From Candidatus Aenigmatarchaeota archaeon (GTDB lineage Archaea; Aenigmatarchaeota; Aenigmatarchaeia; GW2011-AR5): 64,000 nucleotides of DNA. The position numbers and the translations under genes were made by a program. Shown piece by piece: positions 37,448 to 46,960 of the stretch. Position 1 is the first letter of the stretch; each line of letters starts with the position of its first letter. The notes beneath the pieces were generated by a model. It was not told the DNA's origin, did no database searches, and saw only the letters and a list, made by a program, of their open reading frames with translations. The stretch is taken from assembly GCA_016198685.1 (NCBI GenBank), contig JACQID010000008.1, positions 74,148 through 138,147 of the forward strand. Reading direction: 5' to 3'.

Positions 37448-37702
37448 ATGGATATAAATGTGATAAACAGCTTGCTGGATGAAATATCCCAGGATCGCAC
37501 TGTTCCGAAGAACATCAGGACGGCCATGGAGCATGCCAAGGCTTCGCTCATGAATACGAAGCAGGAGATAGCTGTCAGGATAAACGGGGCCATTTCCATA
37601 CTTGACGAGGTCGCAAATGACCCGAATATACCGGTTTACAGCAGAACGCAAATATGGAATATAGTTTCCATGCTTGAAGTCCTAAACGAAAAATCGCAGT
37701 GA
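37448..37702 (+). CDS. UPF0147-family protein
   Basis: DRTVPKNIR, ISILDEVANDPNIPVYSRTQIWNIVSMLE motifs. Confidence 0.9.
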   Translation: MDINVINSLLDEISQDRTVPKNIRTAMEHAKASLMNTKQEIAVRINGAISILDEVANDPNIPVYSRTQIWNIVSMLEVLNEKSQ

Positions 37703-37736
37703 TACTAATTTAAGGTTAAGGAGGAATTATAGGGGT

Positions 37737-38078
37737 ATGGCAATTACCGACATCTTCAAGAAGCAGCCTCAGGAATATGTTGAACTTGACTTTGAGGAGG
37801 ATGAGAAGCCTCACGGTAAGCTGATGATACAGGTTGAAAAGCTTTCTTCTTATCCCGACGCAGACAGAATACAAGAAAAGATCAGAAACGGAAGAATAGT
37901 TCTTATCAGAATACACGAACTGAAGGCCAAGGACATCGGCGAACTGAAGCGTGCTGTCGCAAAGATAAGGAAAACATGCCTTGCACTTGACGGTGACATC
38001 GCCGGCATAGGTGAAGACTGGCTTCTCGTTACGCCTAAGTCAGCAAAGATTCATCGCGGCGGCGACGAAGCGGAATGA
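37737..38078 (+). CDS. sepF: Archaeal SepF (FtsZ anchor)
   Basis: IRNGRIVLIRI, ELKRAV, GDIAGIGEDWLLVTP motifs. Confidence 0.88.
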   Translation: MAITDIFKKQPQEYVELDFEEDEKPHGKLMIQVEKLSSYPDADRIQEKIRNGRIVLIRIHELKAKDIGELKRAVAKIRKTCLALDGDIAGIGEDWLLVTPKSAKIHRGGDEAE

Positions 38079-38260
38079 TTCTTTTCTTCGTATTCTAACA
38101 TATTATATCAATGTAGATACATGTTTTCATGCCACTGATAGTAAATAACATCTATTTGGAACATTTTATATGTCATTTATTTATAGTAAATTGCAGCTAA
38201 AAGTTCCATTATCATTGCAATTTACTATAAGTGCCTATATTATTATCATACACGATGAAA

Positions 38261-39616
38261 TCAAGCAAGCTTCTCGAAATACTTCCTGCGTAAGAATGCG
38301 GAAAGTTCGCGATGCTTGGTTACCGTTTTCCAGAACTCATCGGCCTGAAGCAGCGTTGCATCGTGCAATGGTTTTGCGATATGAGTGGGCATGGCAAGCT
38401 CTTCCGGCTTTTTTGAAACAATGCTTTTGAGCAGGCTCACCGCATCTTTGAACGGTCTCTTCTTTTCTGCGAACCATTGATTTTCTTCAATGTAAGGAGG
38501 AAATTCCGATTTGCCGTACTTTTCCGTGAATTCTCTCACGTGCTTGGCAGAAAATATTTCCGGGCCCGGCATTTTTTTCACAGGCGTTTGCTGCCATACA
38601 TTCATTTCCATGATTATGTACATATCATCATCGGAAAAGGCAAGGCTTCTAAGCACTGAAAATTCCTCTTTCTCGGCTATAGCTTCCAGCCTCTTTGCTG
38701 TTTTCCTTAGCTGCGGATATAATGTGTCTTCTATGGCATCCGGCTTTTTCATCTTCAGCGCAACAAAGAGCGTACCGCGTTCTTTCATTTTCTGAACTTC
38801 TTCTTTCCCAAGGAAAAGCTCATGCAAAGAGAAATACGAATCTTCAGGTTTTGCAATAAACGATGCGGCTGAACGGATGAATTTCACGAAATTTTCAGCT
38901 CCAAGGTTGGCGGCCACGTTCCTTTCAGGGTCAACAGGATCCACTATGACAAGCGGTTCTGTAAATTTGGAAGCAGTGCCTGCGTTCTCGACATCTATCT
39001 TGACAGGAGCTTTCCACATGGCTGCAGCCTTGAGCAAGTTCTCAAGCTTTCCGTAGTTTATGACAAGCAGTTCGCACGTGTAGCCTGAGAAGCCCCGGGT
39101 TTTGGCATCACTGCCATAAACTCCAATGCCTTTGCAGAACTGTTTAAGGAGACGTACTTCGTCGCGATATTCGGCAGGTAGTTTCTTGAGCACGTATTCC
39201 CGGTGAAGCGGGGAACGGTCCACGGCGCTCTTTATTTTTTCGCCCGGCGCTATCCGATAGCATGGCACAATATCAACTAAAAAATCAGGCGTGCGCGCCC
39301 TCACATAAGGATGCTCGGCGTACTTTATTATCGTTGCGCCGTTGATTTGTTTTGCAACCTGTTTTCCAAATTCAAGCCCGCTTTTTTCCAGTTCTTCACG
39401 CAACGCAGAAACAGGAAACACAATGAAAAGATCCACGTCATGATCGCCGCGAAGCCATGTGTGCTTTCCGATAGAGCCGCAGATCACCCCTTCCAGTCTT
39501 GAGACATTCTTGGTTGCAGATAACAGGCGCGTAGTAAAAGCTTCAAGTTTTTTCTCCTCTTCAACGCTGGGTCTTATCTTCCTTAATACCGCCTGCTTTA
39601 TCGTCTTGACAGTCAT
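38261..39616 (-). CDS. cca: CCA-adding enzyme (class I)
   Basis: GSIGKHTWLRGDHDVDLF, YAEHPYV, DRSPLH, GFSGYTCELL and DPVDPERNVAA motifs. Confidence 0.94.
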   Translation of the reverse strand: MTVKTIKQAVLRKIRPSVEEEKKLEAFTTRLLSATKNVSRLEGVICGSIGKHTWLRGDHDVDLFIVFPVSALREELEKSGLEFGKQVAKQINGATIIKYAEHPYVRARTPDFLVDIVPCYRIAPGEKIKSAVDRSPLHREYVLKKLPAEYRDEVRLLKQFCKGIGVYGSDAKTRGFSGYTCELLVINYGKLENLLKAAAMWKAPVKIDVENAGTASKFTEPLVIVDPVDPERNVAANLGAENFVKFIRSAASFIAKPEDSYFSLHELFLGKEEVQKMKERGTLFVALKMKKPDAIEDTLYPQLRKTAKRLEAIAEKEEFSVLRSLAFSDDDMYIIMEMNVWQQTPVKKMPGPEIFSAKHVREFTEKYGKSEFPPYIEENQWFAEKKRPFKDAVSLLKSIVSKKPEELAMPTHIAKPLHDATLLQADEFWKTVTKHRELSAFLRRKYFEKLA

Positions 39617-39663
39617 GATGATACTTGTAGCCGGCGGTTTAAGTTTGTTTCAGGTGCCGTGCG

Positions 39664-39767
39664 TCATCTATACACTCTCAATTTATCCGTTGTCTTGGCA
39701 AGTATCTTGTCTTTGCATAATCCGGATGGTTGCATCTCATCTGTACACCATCAATTTATCCGTTGTC
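39664..39767. repeat. 31-nt direct repeat x2 in the cca/hef divergent intergenic region
   Basis: TCATCTATACACTCTCAATTTATCCGTTGTC (39664-39694) and TCATCTGTACACCATCAATTTATCCGTTGTC (39737-39767). 28/31 identical, 42-nt spacer. Confidence 0.85.
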
Positions 39768-39780
39768 GCCAAATAGAAGC

Positions 39781-41295
39781 ATGGAATTCGTTTCCCACCC
39801 TTGGATTGCGCCTAATACGATAGAGAAAAGGAAATACCAGGAGCATGTCGTGGCTTCAGCAATAGACGGCAATACGCTCGTTGTTCTGCCAACCGGGTTA
39901 GGTAAGACGTCAATAGCCGCTTTAGTTGCGGCATTCAAGCTTCAGCGCGATATGAACAAGAAAATATTGTTCCTTGCGCCTACGCGGCCCCTGGTAGAGC
40001 AGCAGTGCGTCACTTTTGGAAGATACATGCGCATTGGCCTTGAGATGAAAGTAATTACCGGCAGCACAAATCCCGCGGACAGGAAAACGCTTTATCTCAA
40101 GGCAGACGTGATATTTTCAACGCCGCAGACCATAGAAAATGACCTTAAGAGCGGTATACTCTCGCTGGAAAACTTCTCGGTCTGCATCTTCGACGAAGCC
40201 CATAGAGCTGTGGGTAACTATGCCTATCCTTACATTGCCAAAGCATATATGGCATCTGCGCGCGATCCCCTGATAGTGGCTCTTACCGCTTCCCCCGGGG
40301 CAGAGCGGGCTAAGATAGAGGAAGTGAAAAGGATGCTTTTCATAAAGAACGTTGAGATACGTTCCCGGGATGATGATGATGTCAAGCCGTATGTTCATGC
40401 CGTTGAGCAAGAACGAATAGAGGTCGAGCTTACCGAGCCCATGAAATCTTTGAGAAAATACATCACCAATGTTCGCGAAGAAAGAATAAAGAAGCTTATG
40501 ACGTGGGGAATCATAAAAACGCCGAATATAGGAAAGGCCTATATTCTCAAGCTGCAGGAAGAATTATCGAAGAACAAGACCGGATACAGTTTTGCTGCAA
40601 TGTCGGTATTGGCCGAAATCCTCAAGCTTGATCATGCGTTAGTGCTCCTCGAAACCCAGTCATTGTATTCTACTAAAAAATATTTTGATCGTATGCTATT
40701 GCAGGAAACGCGCGCCGTGGAGCGGTTGATAAGGGAGGATGGCGTTAGGAATGCGATGAGGTTACTATCAGAGCTTGTTGAAGAAGGGCAGGAGCATCCG
40801 AAACTCGCAAAGTTAAAGGAAATAGTCAAGCGTGAGATCGAACGCGACAAATTCTCGAGGATAATGGTCTTTGCCCAGTACAGGGACACAATAGAAAAAA
40901 TATATAATGAGCTCTTAGGAGTTGAAGGAGTAAATCCCGTACAATTCATCGGTCAGGCTAAGAAATCCGGGAAGGGACTCAGCCAAAAAGAGCAGGTGCA
41001 GATTCTCAACGAATTCAAGATGGGATTCCATAACGTTCTTGTGGCAAGTTCTGTAGGTGAGGAAGGCTTGGATGTCGCAGAGACTAACGTAGTCGTCTTT
41101 TACGAGCCTATTTCTTCTGCAGTGCGCAAGATACAACGTTCCGGCAGGACTGCAAGAACGCAGGCTGGACGCGTAGTAGTCCTTATGACCAAGGGAACGC
41201 GTGATGAAGCATACCACTGGGCAGGTTTCAACCGCGAGAAGAACATGAAGAAAATATTGTATGGGATGTCCAATTCCTTGAAAAAGTACGTGTGA
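39781..41295 (+). CDS. hef: Hef/FANCM-type SF2 helicase (helicase half only)
   Basis: RKYQ, LPTGLGKT, DEAH, LTASPG, EEGLD and QRSGRTAR motifs. Confidence 0.92.
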   Translation: MEFVSHPWIAPNTIEKRKYQEHVVASAIDGNTLVVLPTGLGKTSIAALVAAFKLQRDMNKKILFLAPTRPLVEQQCVTFGRYMRIGLEMKVITGSTNPADRKTLYLKADVIFSTPQTIENDLKSGILSLENFSVCIFDEAHRAVGNYAYPYIAKAYMASARDPLIVALTASPGAERAKIEEVKRMLFIKNVEIRSRDDDDVKPYVHAVEQERIEVELTEPMKSLRKYITNVREERIKKLMTWGIIKTPNIGKAYILKLQEELSKNKTGYSFAAMSVLAEILKLDHALVLLETQSLYSTKKYFDRMLLQETRAVERLIREDGVRNAMRLLSELVEEGQEHPKLAKLKEIVKREIERDKFSRIMVFAQYRDTIEKIYNELLGVEGVNPVQFIGQAKKSGKGLSQKEQVQILNEFKMGFHNVLVASSVGEEGLDVAETNVVVFYEPISSAVRKIQRSGRTARTQAGRVVVLMTKGTRDEAYHWAGFNREKNMKKILYGMSNSLKKYV

Positions 41296-41975
41296 TTTTC
41301 ATGCAAAGCGCCTTTAAGCCCGAACAAGAAGTGGTAATATATGCCGATACACGTGAGGCTGCCAGCAGCATTTCTTCCATACTGGCAAAAAAGTGCGTAG
41401 TGCGAGAGAAACAGTTGCATGTTGCAGATTATCAGCTCAGCGACAGGATGGGCGCCGAGCGGAAGACGACGCAGGACTTCATAGGCAGCATAATGGACGG
41501 GAGGCTTTTCCGGCAGATGCACGAGCTGAAAGCCGAGTTTGAGATACCTATACTTATTGTGGAAGGAGAGAGCCTTTTTGATACGGATATAGCCATTCAC
41601 CCTAATGCTATACGCGGTGCCATAGCTGCGGTAATTGCAGACATCAGAGTTGGCATGGTGTGGACCAGAAATGCTTCCGAGACAGCAAGCATACTCTTTA
41701 CGTTTGCAAAGCGGGAGCAGTTGGCTGAAAAGCGCGGCATAGCTATACGCGGGAAAGCCAAGTTTCTTTCAGATAATGAACAGCAGGAATTTATCATCGC
41801 TGGCCTTCCGAAAATATCAACCCTGAAAGCGAAGGCACTGCTAAAGCATTTCGGAAGCCCGGAGGGCGTTTTTACGGCAACCGAGGAGGAACTGAAGAAA
41901 GTCCCGGGAATCGGCAAACAAATAGCGAAAGTCATGCGTCGGCTTCTTCAAAAAAAGTACGAAAAAGCAGTTTAG
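41292..41975 (+). CDS. ERCC4/XPF nuclease with HhH2, stand-alone
   Basis: ADTRE, ADYQLSD...ERKT..DF, IVEGE and HhH VPGIGK motifs. GTGA overlap with the helicase stop. Confidence 0.9.
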   Translation: MIFMQSAFKPEQEVVIYADTREAASSISSILAKKCVVREKQLHVADYQLSDRMGAERKTTQDFIGSIMDGRLFRQMHELKAEFEIPILIVEGESLFDTDIAIHPNAIRGAIAAVIADIRVGMVWTRNASETASILFTFAKREQLAEKRGIAIRGKAKFLSDNEQQEFIIAGLPKISTLKAKALLKHFGSPEGVFTATEEELKKVPGIGKQIAKVMRRLLQKKYEKAV

Positions 41976-42015
41976 AAGATTAAAATACACAGGAAACAAA
42001 ATAACGGAAGATAAG

Positions 42016-42312
42016 ATGGACCCCAAAGAAATCAGGAATACAATGATATCGCTTGCAATACTTGCCGCAGGCATATGGTTTGTGATAAATATCACGAAAT
42101 CTTACATGACGATCACGACCCTGCCTGGAATCCCTGAAGGGCTTTCAAATTCTCTTGACTCTCTTGGAATGCTGTTACTTTATGCCATAGGGGTCATTGA
42201 AGTACTACTCTTACTTGCATGGCTCTTTGCTAGAAGGGGACGAAGTTCTGCAGGAAAAGGAAATACACCGCCCCTGCAATCAGGAAACCCGCAAGGCCCG
42301 CAGCAATTCTGA
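42016..42312 (+). CDS. Small two-TM membrane protein
   Basis: Two hydrophobic helices and a polar, low-complexity tail. Confidence 0.55.
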   Translation: MDPKEIRNTMISLAILAAGIWFVINITKSYMTITTLPGIPEGLSNSLDSLGMLLLYAIGVIEVLLLLAWLFARRGRSSAGKGNTPPLQSGNPQGPQQF

Positions 42313-42400
42313 AGAGTTTATGATTCATCGTGTCAAATTCTTCCTTTGTCATTTCCCAGAATACTTTGACTGTATCCTTTACATCTTCTTTCAGTGACAT
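42230..42400 (-). CDS. 56-aa single-TM microprotein (below the ORF-track cutoff)
   Basis: Manual translation MSLKEDVKDTVKVFWEMTKEEFDTMNHKLFRIAAGLAGFLIAGAVYFLFLQNFVPF*. Upstream TTTATATA box near 42420. Confidence 0.5.
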   Translation of the reverse strand: MSLKEDVKDTVKVFWEMTKEEFDTMNHKLFRIAAGLAGFLIAGAVYFLFLQNFVPF

Positions 42401-42523
42401 AATAAAACTTGGCTTGAAATTATATATAAATGACTAGTTTAACGATATTAAATGCCGATTATTCATAACCGCATTTAGCTCAATTCAAAAAATCTAAAGG
42501 CATGCCTTAACGTCTAGTTGCGG

Positions 42524-43273
42524 TTAAAGTTTCTTTATTCTTCCGGGCTTAGGCTCAAAGCACGATCCTTCATCTAGAAGCTCCTGTATGGCCGCATCTA
42601 TCGCGTCTTCGTTTAATCCGGATTTCTCTATCAAAATTTGATATTCACAGCCTTCTCCTGCATCATTCTCGCTTATAATATTGAGAAGTTTTTCTTTGGC
42701 CGATTCCTTGGGCTCTCCGGCAGGACCCTCTTCTATTGACACCTTTGTCATTACTATGGCTTCCGTTTCTTCTGCCTCAATTCCGTATCTTTCTTTCATT
42801 ATTTTCTTCAGTTCTTCCAGGTCGGAAACGGATTTCTCGTTCTCGAGTACAGTCATGCGTTTCTTTCCCCATGTCTCTGACAAAACGCGCAGTTCCAGCC
42901 TTCTTAGAATTTCCATGTTAGGATCTTCAACCTTCTTTGCTATCTCCGGCGTTATGTAAATTTCGCCTTGATACTCCTTTACCTTCCCCACAAGCTCTAC
43001 GTCATCACCGGTTTCTATGCCATTGAATACGGAAAGATCGCTGAAGGCTTTGGATCTTATAGTATCAGTACCGTCGTCCAGTGTCAAAGAAGCAAATTTC
43101 CCGCTCTCTGCCATGAACTTGTCAACTACAGTGCTCATGATCCTTACCCGCGAAAGCTTAACGCCTTGGGGGCTTATCACATAATTAGGGTTGAATCCTT
43201 CCTGCGCATAATATTTTCCCTTCGATATGTCTTCTATCGTCACTTTAACTGCAGGCAATCTCTTCTTTTCCAT
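42524..43273 (-). CDS. RPA2/RPA32-like OB-fold protein with a C-terminal winged helix
   Basis: SRVRIMSTVVDK, LDDGTDTIR..F, GKVKEY OB fold. C-terminal LLDEGSCFEPKPGRIK. Confidence 0.82.
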   Translation of the reverse strand: MEKKRLPAVKVTIEDISKGKYYAQEGFNPNYVISPQGVKLSRVRIMSTVVDKFMAESGKFASLTLDDGTDTIRSKAFSDLSVFNGIETGDDVELVGKVKEYQGEIYITPEIAKKVEDPNMEILRRLELRVLSETWGKKRMTVLENEKSVSDLEELKKIMKERYGIEAEETEAIVMTKVSIEEGPAGEPKESAKEKLLNIISENDAGEGCEYQILIEKSGLNEDAIDAAIQELLDEGSCFEPKPGRIKKL

Positions 43274-43284
43274 ACAATCATCTC

Positions 43285-46200
43285 CTATGTCTTTTTTATG
43301 AAGCCGGGCCTGGGTTCAAATAATGTGCCCTGGCTCTTTAGCCTTTCTATTATTTCATCGGCATTCTCAACACCCTGTTCTTCAGCAGCGGCCTTCAGGT
43401 CCTCAATTGATATTTCGCCGCCGCGTTTGTCAAAGGTTGAGATTATGTCCGTTATTATAACTATCTTTCTTCTTTTATTTGAAGTGACACCGGATTCCAT
43501 CATGTCTATATCGAACTTGCCTGTGTCATAATCATAGCCCAGTTGGGACAACGAGTATTTCATGAGTCTTATAGAGCGCTCGGCATCTTCCGGAAGAACT
43601 TTGTTGTCCAATCTCACTTTTGCCGAGGCCTCAGCCAGTCGTAGCAGCGCTTCGTATTGCCTTAGAGTTATGCTTACAGTATTATTTTCGTTATCTCCCG
43701 GATTTCTCATCTCGACATAGAACTTCTTCAAGGTATCCGCCGCATCCTTGCTAAGCACTACAGATGTGATTTTCTGCTTGGCATAGGCGATGTATTTTCT
43801 TAAGGTATGGGCATCTATGACGGGTTCAACGACTTCTGGCGTTATTCTTGACATGGTTATGTGCTCTGCAAGGCGCTCGTCGAGATTCCTGTCAGGCTTG
43901 TCGCGCAGGGCGAATTTGAGATCAAATCTTGAAAGAAGGGTTTCTGAAATCTGTATCTGATCTACTATCGGCATGTAAGGATCGAACCTTCCGAGCTTGG
44001 GATTCGCGCCGGCAAGAACAGCAGTCTGGGCAGGGAGTGTAGCGACAATCGACGCTTTCGCGATGCTAATCGTATTGTGAAGTACCATGCCGTGGGAAAC
44101 AAACACCTCGCCGGGAACGCTTATATCATATGACCACTCTTCGGTTTGATCCCTTATTTTTTCTATTTTTTTTATTCTGCAGAGTGCTACTTCCCCGTGT
44201 GCTATATTTTTAAGCATATGGACATCTCTTTCGTTTGTAATGATGCCATCTATTATCTGTAGCAGTGCTTTTCTGTACGATTCGACAAACTCAGGACATG
44301 TTTCACCTCTCTCCCACAAAGAGATGGATTGGTGGGATCGTCCTGTCTTCTCTGCAATTTGAAACAGTGATATACCAAAATGTTTTCTGAGACTCTTCAA
44401 GTCCTCTGTGTTAGCAAAGTCCGAAAGTCGGCGCTTGGCCAACTTAAGTTCTTCCAGGCGCTTTTCTAGTAAAGGAATGATTCGGGATATTTTGTCTGTA
44501 GTGAATGCAAATTTTTCCCCATACTCAGTTAGGGTATAGCCAAATACCGTTTTTTCCGACAGGCCTAAACTTCGTAGAAGCGTTCGCATGGTGTTTCCCA
44601 ATGGCAATGTTTCGGAATAATGTCTTCTTAAAGTTCTATTTCCGGCGTATTCTAGTATTTTTTGATTTTTGGCCGCATCAGAGAACCCTATGGAGCTCTC
44701 GAATTTTCTAAGATTCTCTTCGCCGGTTATTATGATCCTGTAAATATCGTGAACCGAACGCGATTTCCTTATTGAAGTTGTTATGCCAAACCTGAGGAGT
44801 AAATCTGATATCTGTATGCCGAGATCTTTGCTTGCCGTAGTATAAACTATGTAGAAACCCGACCCTTGGCATATACCCCCGTCGCCGTCAAACAAGGCTC
44901 TGAGCATAATAGCAATGTCAGCTTTCTTGCATTTCATAAAAAGAGCGGGAATCTTTTTTTTGTATGAATTCATCAGAAGCCGGGGCTCTATAGAATTGAT
45001 GTAATCCGCAAGTTCCATGGATACATAGCGTAGCATAGTTCTCCCTTTTTTCTTATGAACGTAAGGCGCAAGACCGAATAGATTCTGCGTTATGGATTCA
45101 AAATCTTTGAGCAACAGCTCGTTAGAATTAGTAAAGGAAATGCCGCAATTTTTGCCTCGATTTACCTCATGAGAGCCTTCTGATATAAGGTATCCGAGGA
45201 ATTTGCACATTTCTGGAGAATTGTGATTCGGAATGTTTATATGTTTGGCATTATAATGGTTGTTTTTCGATAGTTTTACGATTACTTTTTGTTCCTCGCC
45301 CTCTATGGGAAGACATTTTGGTATCGGAACGAATTCTCCTGATTGCAATTGTTCGGATGGCCTTGTTATGAACGTTTTACCGTTGAAGACGAAAAACGGA
45401 TGTCTTGGGGTGACGGTCACTTCGCGGCCGTTTTCCAGAATTATCCTATAAAAATGCTCAGGTGCAGCGTGTTTGCTGACTCTAAAAGTCCGCGCTTTTT
45501 TTATGTCCACAAAGTCGGTCACGAGTATCTCCGGCCCGTTCACTTCGGCAAAGAGGCAGTCATCGCCTTTTTTTATTCTCGAGCTATTTTCTTCAAGCAT
45601 TCGTTCTACAAGGTCTCTTATTTTTATGTGTTCTCCGGTCGCAAGCGTTATTTCGGTGTCGCCGTGATAGCTTTCTACCGACATCGCTTCATGCATCGCG
45701 ATCTGGTCGTCCTTTCCCATCTTGTCAAATTCGTCAATAGATATCACAGATTTGTTTGTAAGTATCAGGGCTCCTGCTTCAAGAAGCCATCCGCCCATTA
45801 TTTCGTCCTTGCGCACGCTGGCGGTTAATCCCGCGCCCGTGGCTCCGGAACCGGAGACGTAACGGCCGCGGGGCATTATGTCCGACACGAACTTGAGCAT
45901 TATGGACTTGCCTACTCCGGGGTCTCCGGTCAGAAGTATATGGATGTTGCCCCGTATGTGCGACCCATCAGGCAATTTATGCGCTACGCCGCCGAATAAT
46001 TGCAACGCAATTGCCTCTTTTATTTCCGCAAACCCGTAAATGCCAGGAGCAATGGAAGCGACAAGTTTCTCATAGATTTTCGGGTCAGCGGCCATGGCCT
46101 TGATCATCATTTCGTCTTCCTTTGTTATTTCGACATCGTCAAACTCCATTTCCGAGAACTCAACATGCAGGGCTTCCATCATCATGTCCATCTTAGTGCT

Positions 46201-46893
46201 AAGTTTTCCCTTTATGCGCTTAGGAACTTCCTTGAGTATGCCAACGATCTTAAGTCGGTTGCCAGGGTCGGTTCTCTTCTGCATTCTTGGCGTTGTGAGG
46301 TCTTCTTTGAGGAAAATTGCAATTTCTCCCGGCTGGTCGCCTTCCGTCACTTCGAACGGTTCAACACCTGTAAGCCAGCGCACGTCAAACATTTTTTTAG
46401 CGATAACGTTGAAGTCCCCCCGCCTTCCGCAGCCGCTTTCGGTGTAAGGCGGCCCGCAGATCGCAGGCTTCTGCACGATATTAGAGTCCTGTTTCATTGA
46501 CATCTTAGTGTCGCATTCCGGGCACTGAAAGACAACTTCATATATCTGGGGCTTGACTTCTGTTGCAGACTTCACAACAGCGTCTATGCACCACAATTTG
46601 TCCATGTGCTTGGAGCGCAAATTCCTTATCCTGACCATCCTGCGTTCAGGTATTGCGCGTATGCGGATGTTGACGTCTGCTTCCGGAACGATCCGTTTCG
46701 CAGCTTCAGCAAAGCCATCAAGGACCTCATTCGGAGCTTCAAGGAGCATATCTGCCGTTATCGGGTCGTACCTGTCAAAATCGTTGAAATCTATGGCGAG
46801 GGCGGATTCATTGTTCGCGGCCCTTTGCAACTCAGAGTTGTATCTCTCATAGAGGAATTCGTAAAGCTTGGAAACCGTGTCCTCGGAGGCCAT
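43285..46893 (-). CDS. mcm: Replicative MCM helicase containing one intein
   Basis: Zn finger, GDPGVGKS, SIDEFDKM, AGANP and SRFD Arg-finger motifs. About 669 aa after splicing. Confidence 0.95.
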   Translation of the reverse strand: MASEDTVSKLYEFLYERYNSELQRAANNESALAIDFNDFDRYDPITADMLLEAPNEVLDGFAEAAKRIVPEADVNIRIRAIPERRMVRIRNLRSKHMDKLWCIDAVVKSATEVKPQIYEVVFQCPECDTKMSMKQDSNIVQKPAICGPPYTESGCGRRGDFNVIAKKMFDVRWLTGVEPFEVTEGDQPGEIAIFLKEDLTTPRMQKRTDPGNRLKIVGILKEVPKRIKGKLSTKMDMMMEALHVEFSEMEFDDVEITKEDEMMIKAMAADPKIYEKLVASIAPGIYGFAEIKEAIALQLFGGVAHKLPDGSHIRGNIHILLTGDPGVGKSIMLKFVSDIMPRGRYVSGSGATGAGLTASVRKDEIMGGWLLEAGALILTNKSVISIDEFDKMGKDDQIAMHEAMSVESYHGDTEITLATGEHIKIRDLVERMLEENSSRIKKGDDCLFAEVNGPEILVTDFVDIKKARTFRVSKHAAPEHFYRIILENGREVTVTPRHPFFVFNGKTFITRPSEQLQSGEFVPIPKCLPIEGEEQKVIVKLSKNNHYNAKHINIPNHNSPEMCKFLGYLISEGSHEVNRGKNCGISFTNSNELLLKDFESITQNLFGLAPYVHKKKGRTMLRYVSMELADYINSIEPRLLMNSYKKKIPALFMKCKKADIAIMLRALFDGDGGICQGSGFYIVYTTASKDLGIQISDLLLRFGITTSIRKSRSVHDIYRIIITGEENLRKFESSIGFSDAAKNQKILEYAGNRTLRRHYSETLPLGNTMRTLLRSLGLSEKTVFGYTLTEYGEKFAFTTDKISRIIPLLEKRLEELKLAKRRLSDFANTEDLKSLRKHFGISLFQIAEKTGRSHQSISLWERGETCPEFVESYRKALLQIIDGIITNERDVHMLKNIAHGEVALCRIKKIEKIRDQTEEWSYDISVPGEVFVSHGMVLHNTISIAKASIVATLPAQTAVLAGANPKLGRFDPYMPIVDQIQISETLLSRFDLKFALRDKPDRNLDERLAEHITMSRITPEVVEPVIDAHTLRKYIAYAKQKITSVVLSKDAADTLKKFYVEMRNPGDNENNTVSITLRQYEALLRLAEASAKVRLDNKVLPEDAERSIRLMKYSLSQLGYDYDTGKFDIDMMESGVTSNKRRKIVIITDIISTFDKRGGEISIEDLKAAAEEQGVENADEIIERLKSQGTLFEPRPGFIKKT
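44074..45672 (-). mobile_element. 533-aa intein with LAGLIDADG homing endonuclease and an extra XRE-type HTH
   Basis: Starts SYHGDTEI, block B VTPRHPF, LAGLIDADG motifs LGYLISEG and LRALFDGDG, ends VLHN followed by +1 Thr (TISIAKA). Confidence 0.93.
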
Positions 46894-46960
46894 GCTATAA
46901 TAATCAATGAAAAATTTTTATACGGCGTTCCACGGGAAGGAGAGGTTATTGATTTATATG

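Noticed and set aside
39664-39767. CRISPR array
   Set aside because: Only two non-identical repeats and no cas genes or leader. Kept as an unexplained direct repeat.
41280-41300. Stop-codon readthrough or recoding joining the Hef halves
   Set aside because: The two ORFs are in different frames, and other genes end normally at TAA, TAG and TGA, so there is no sign of an alternative code.
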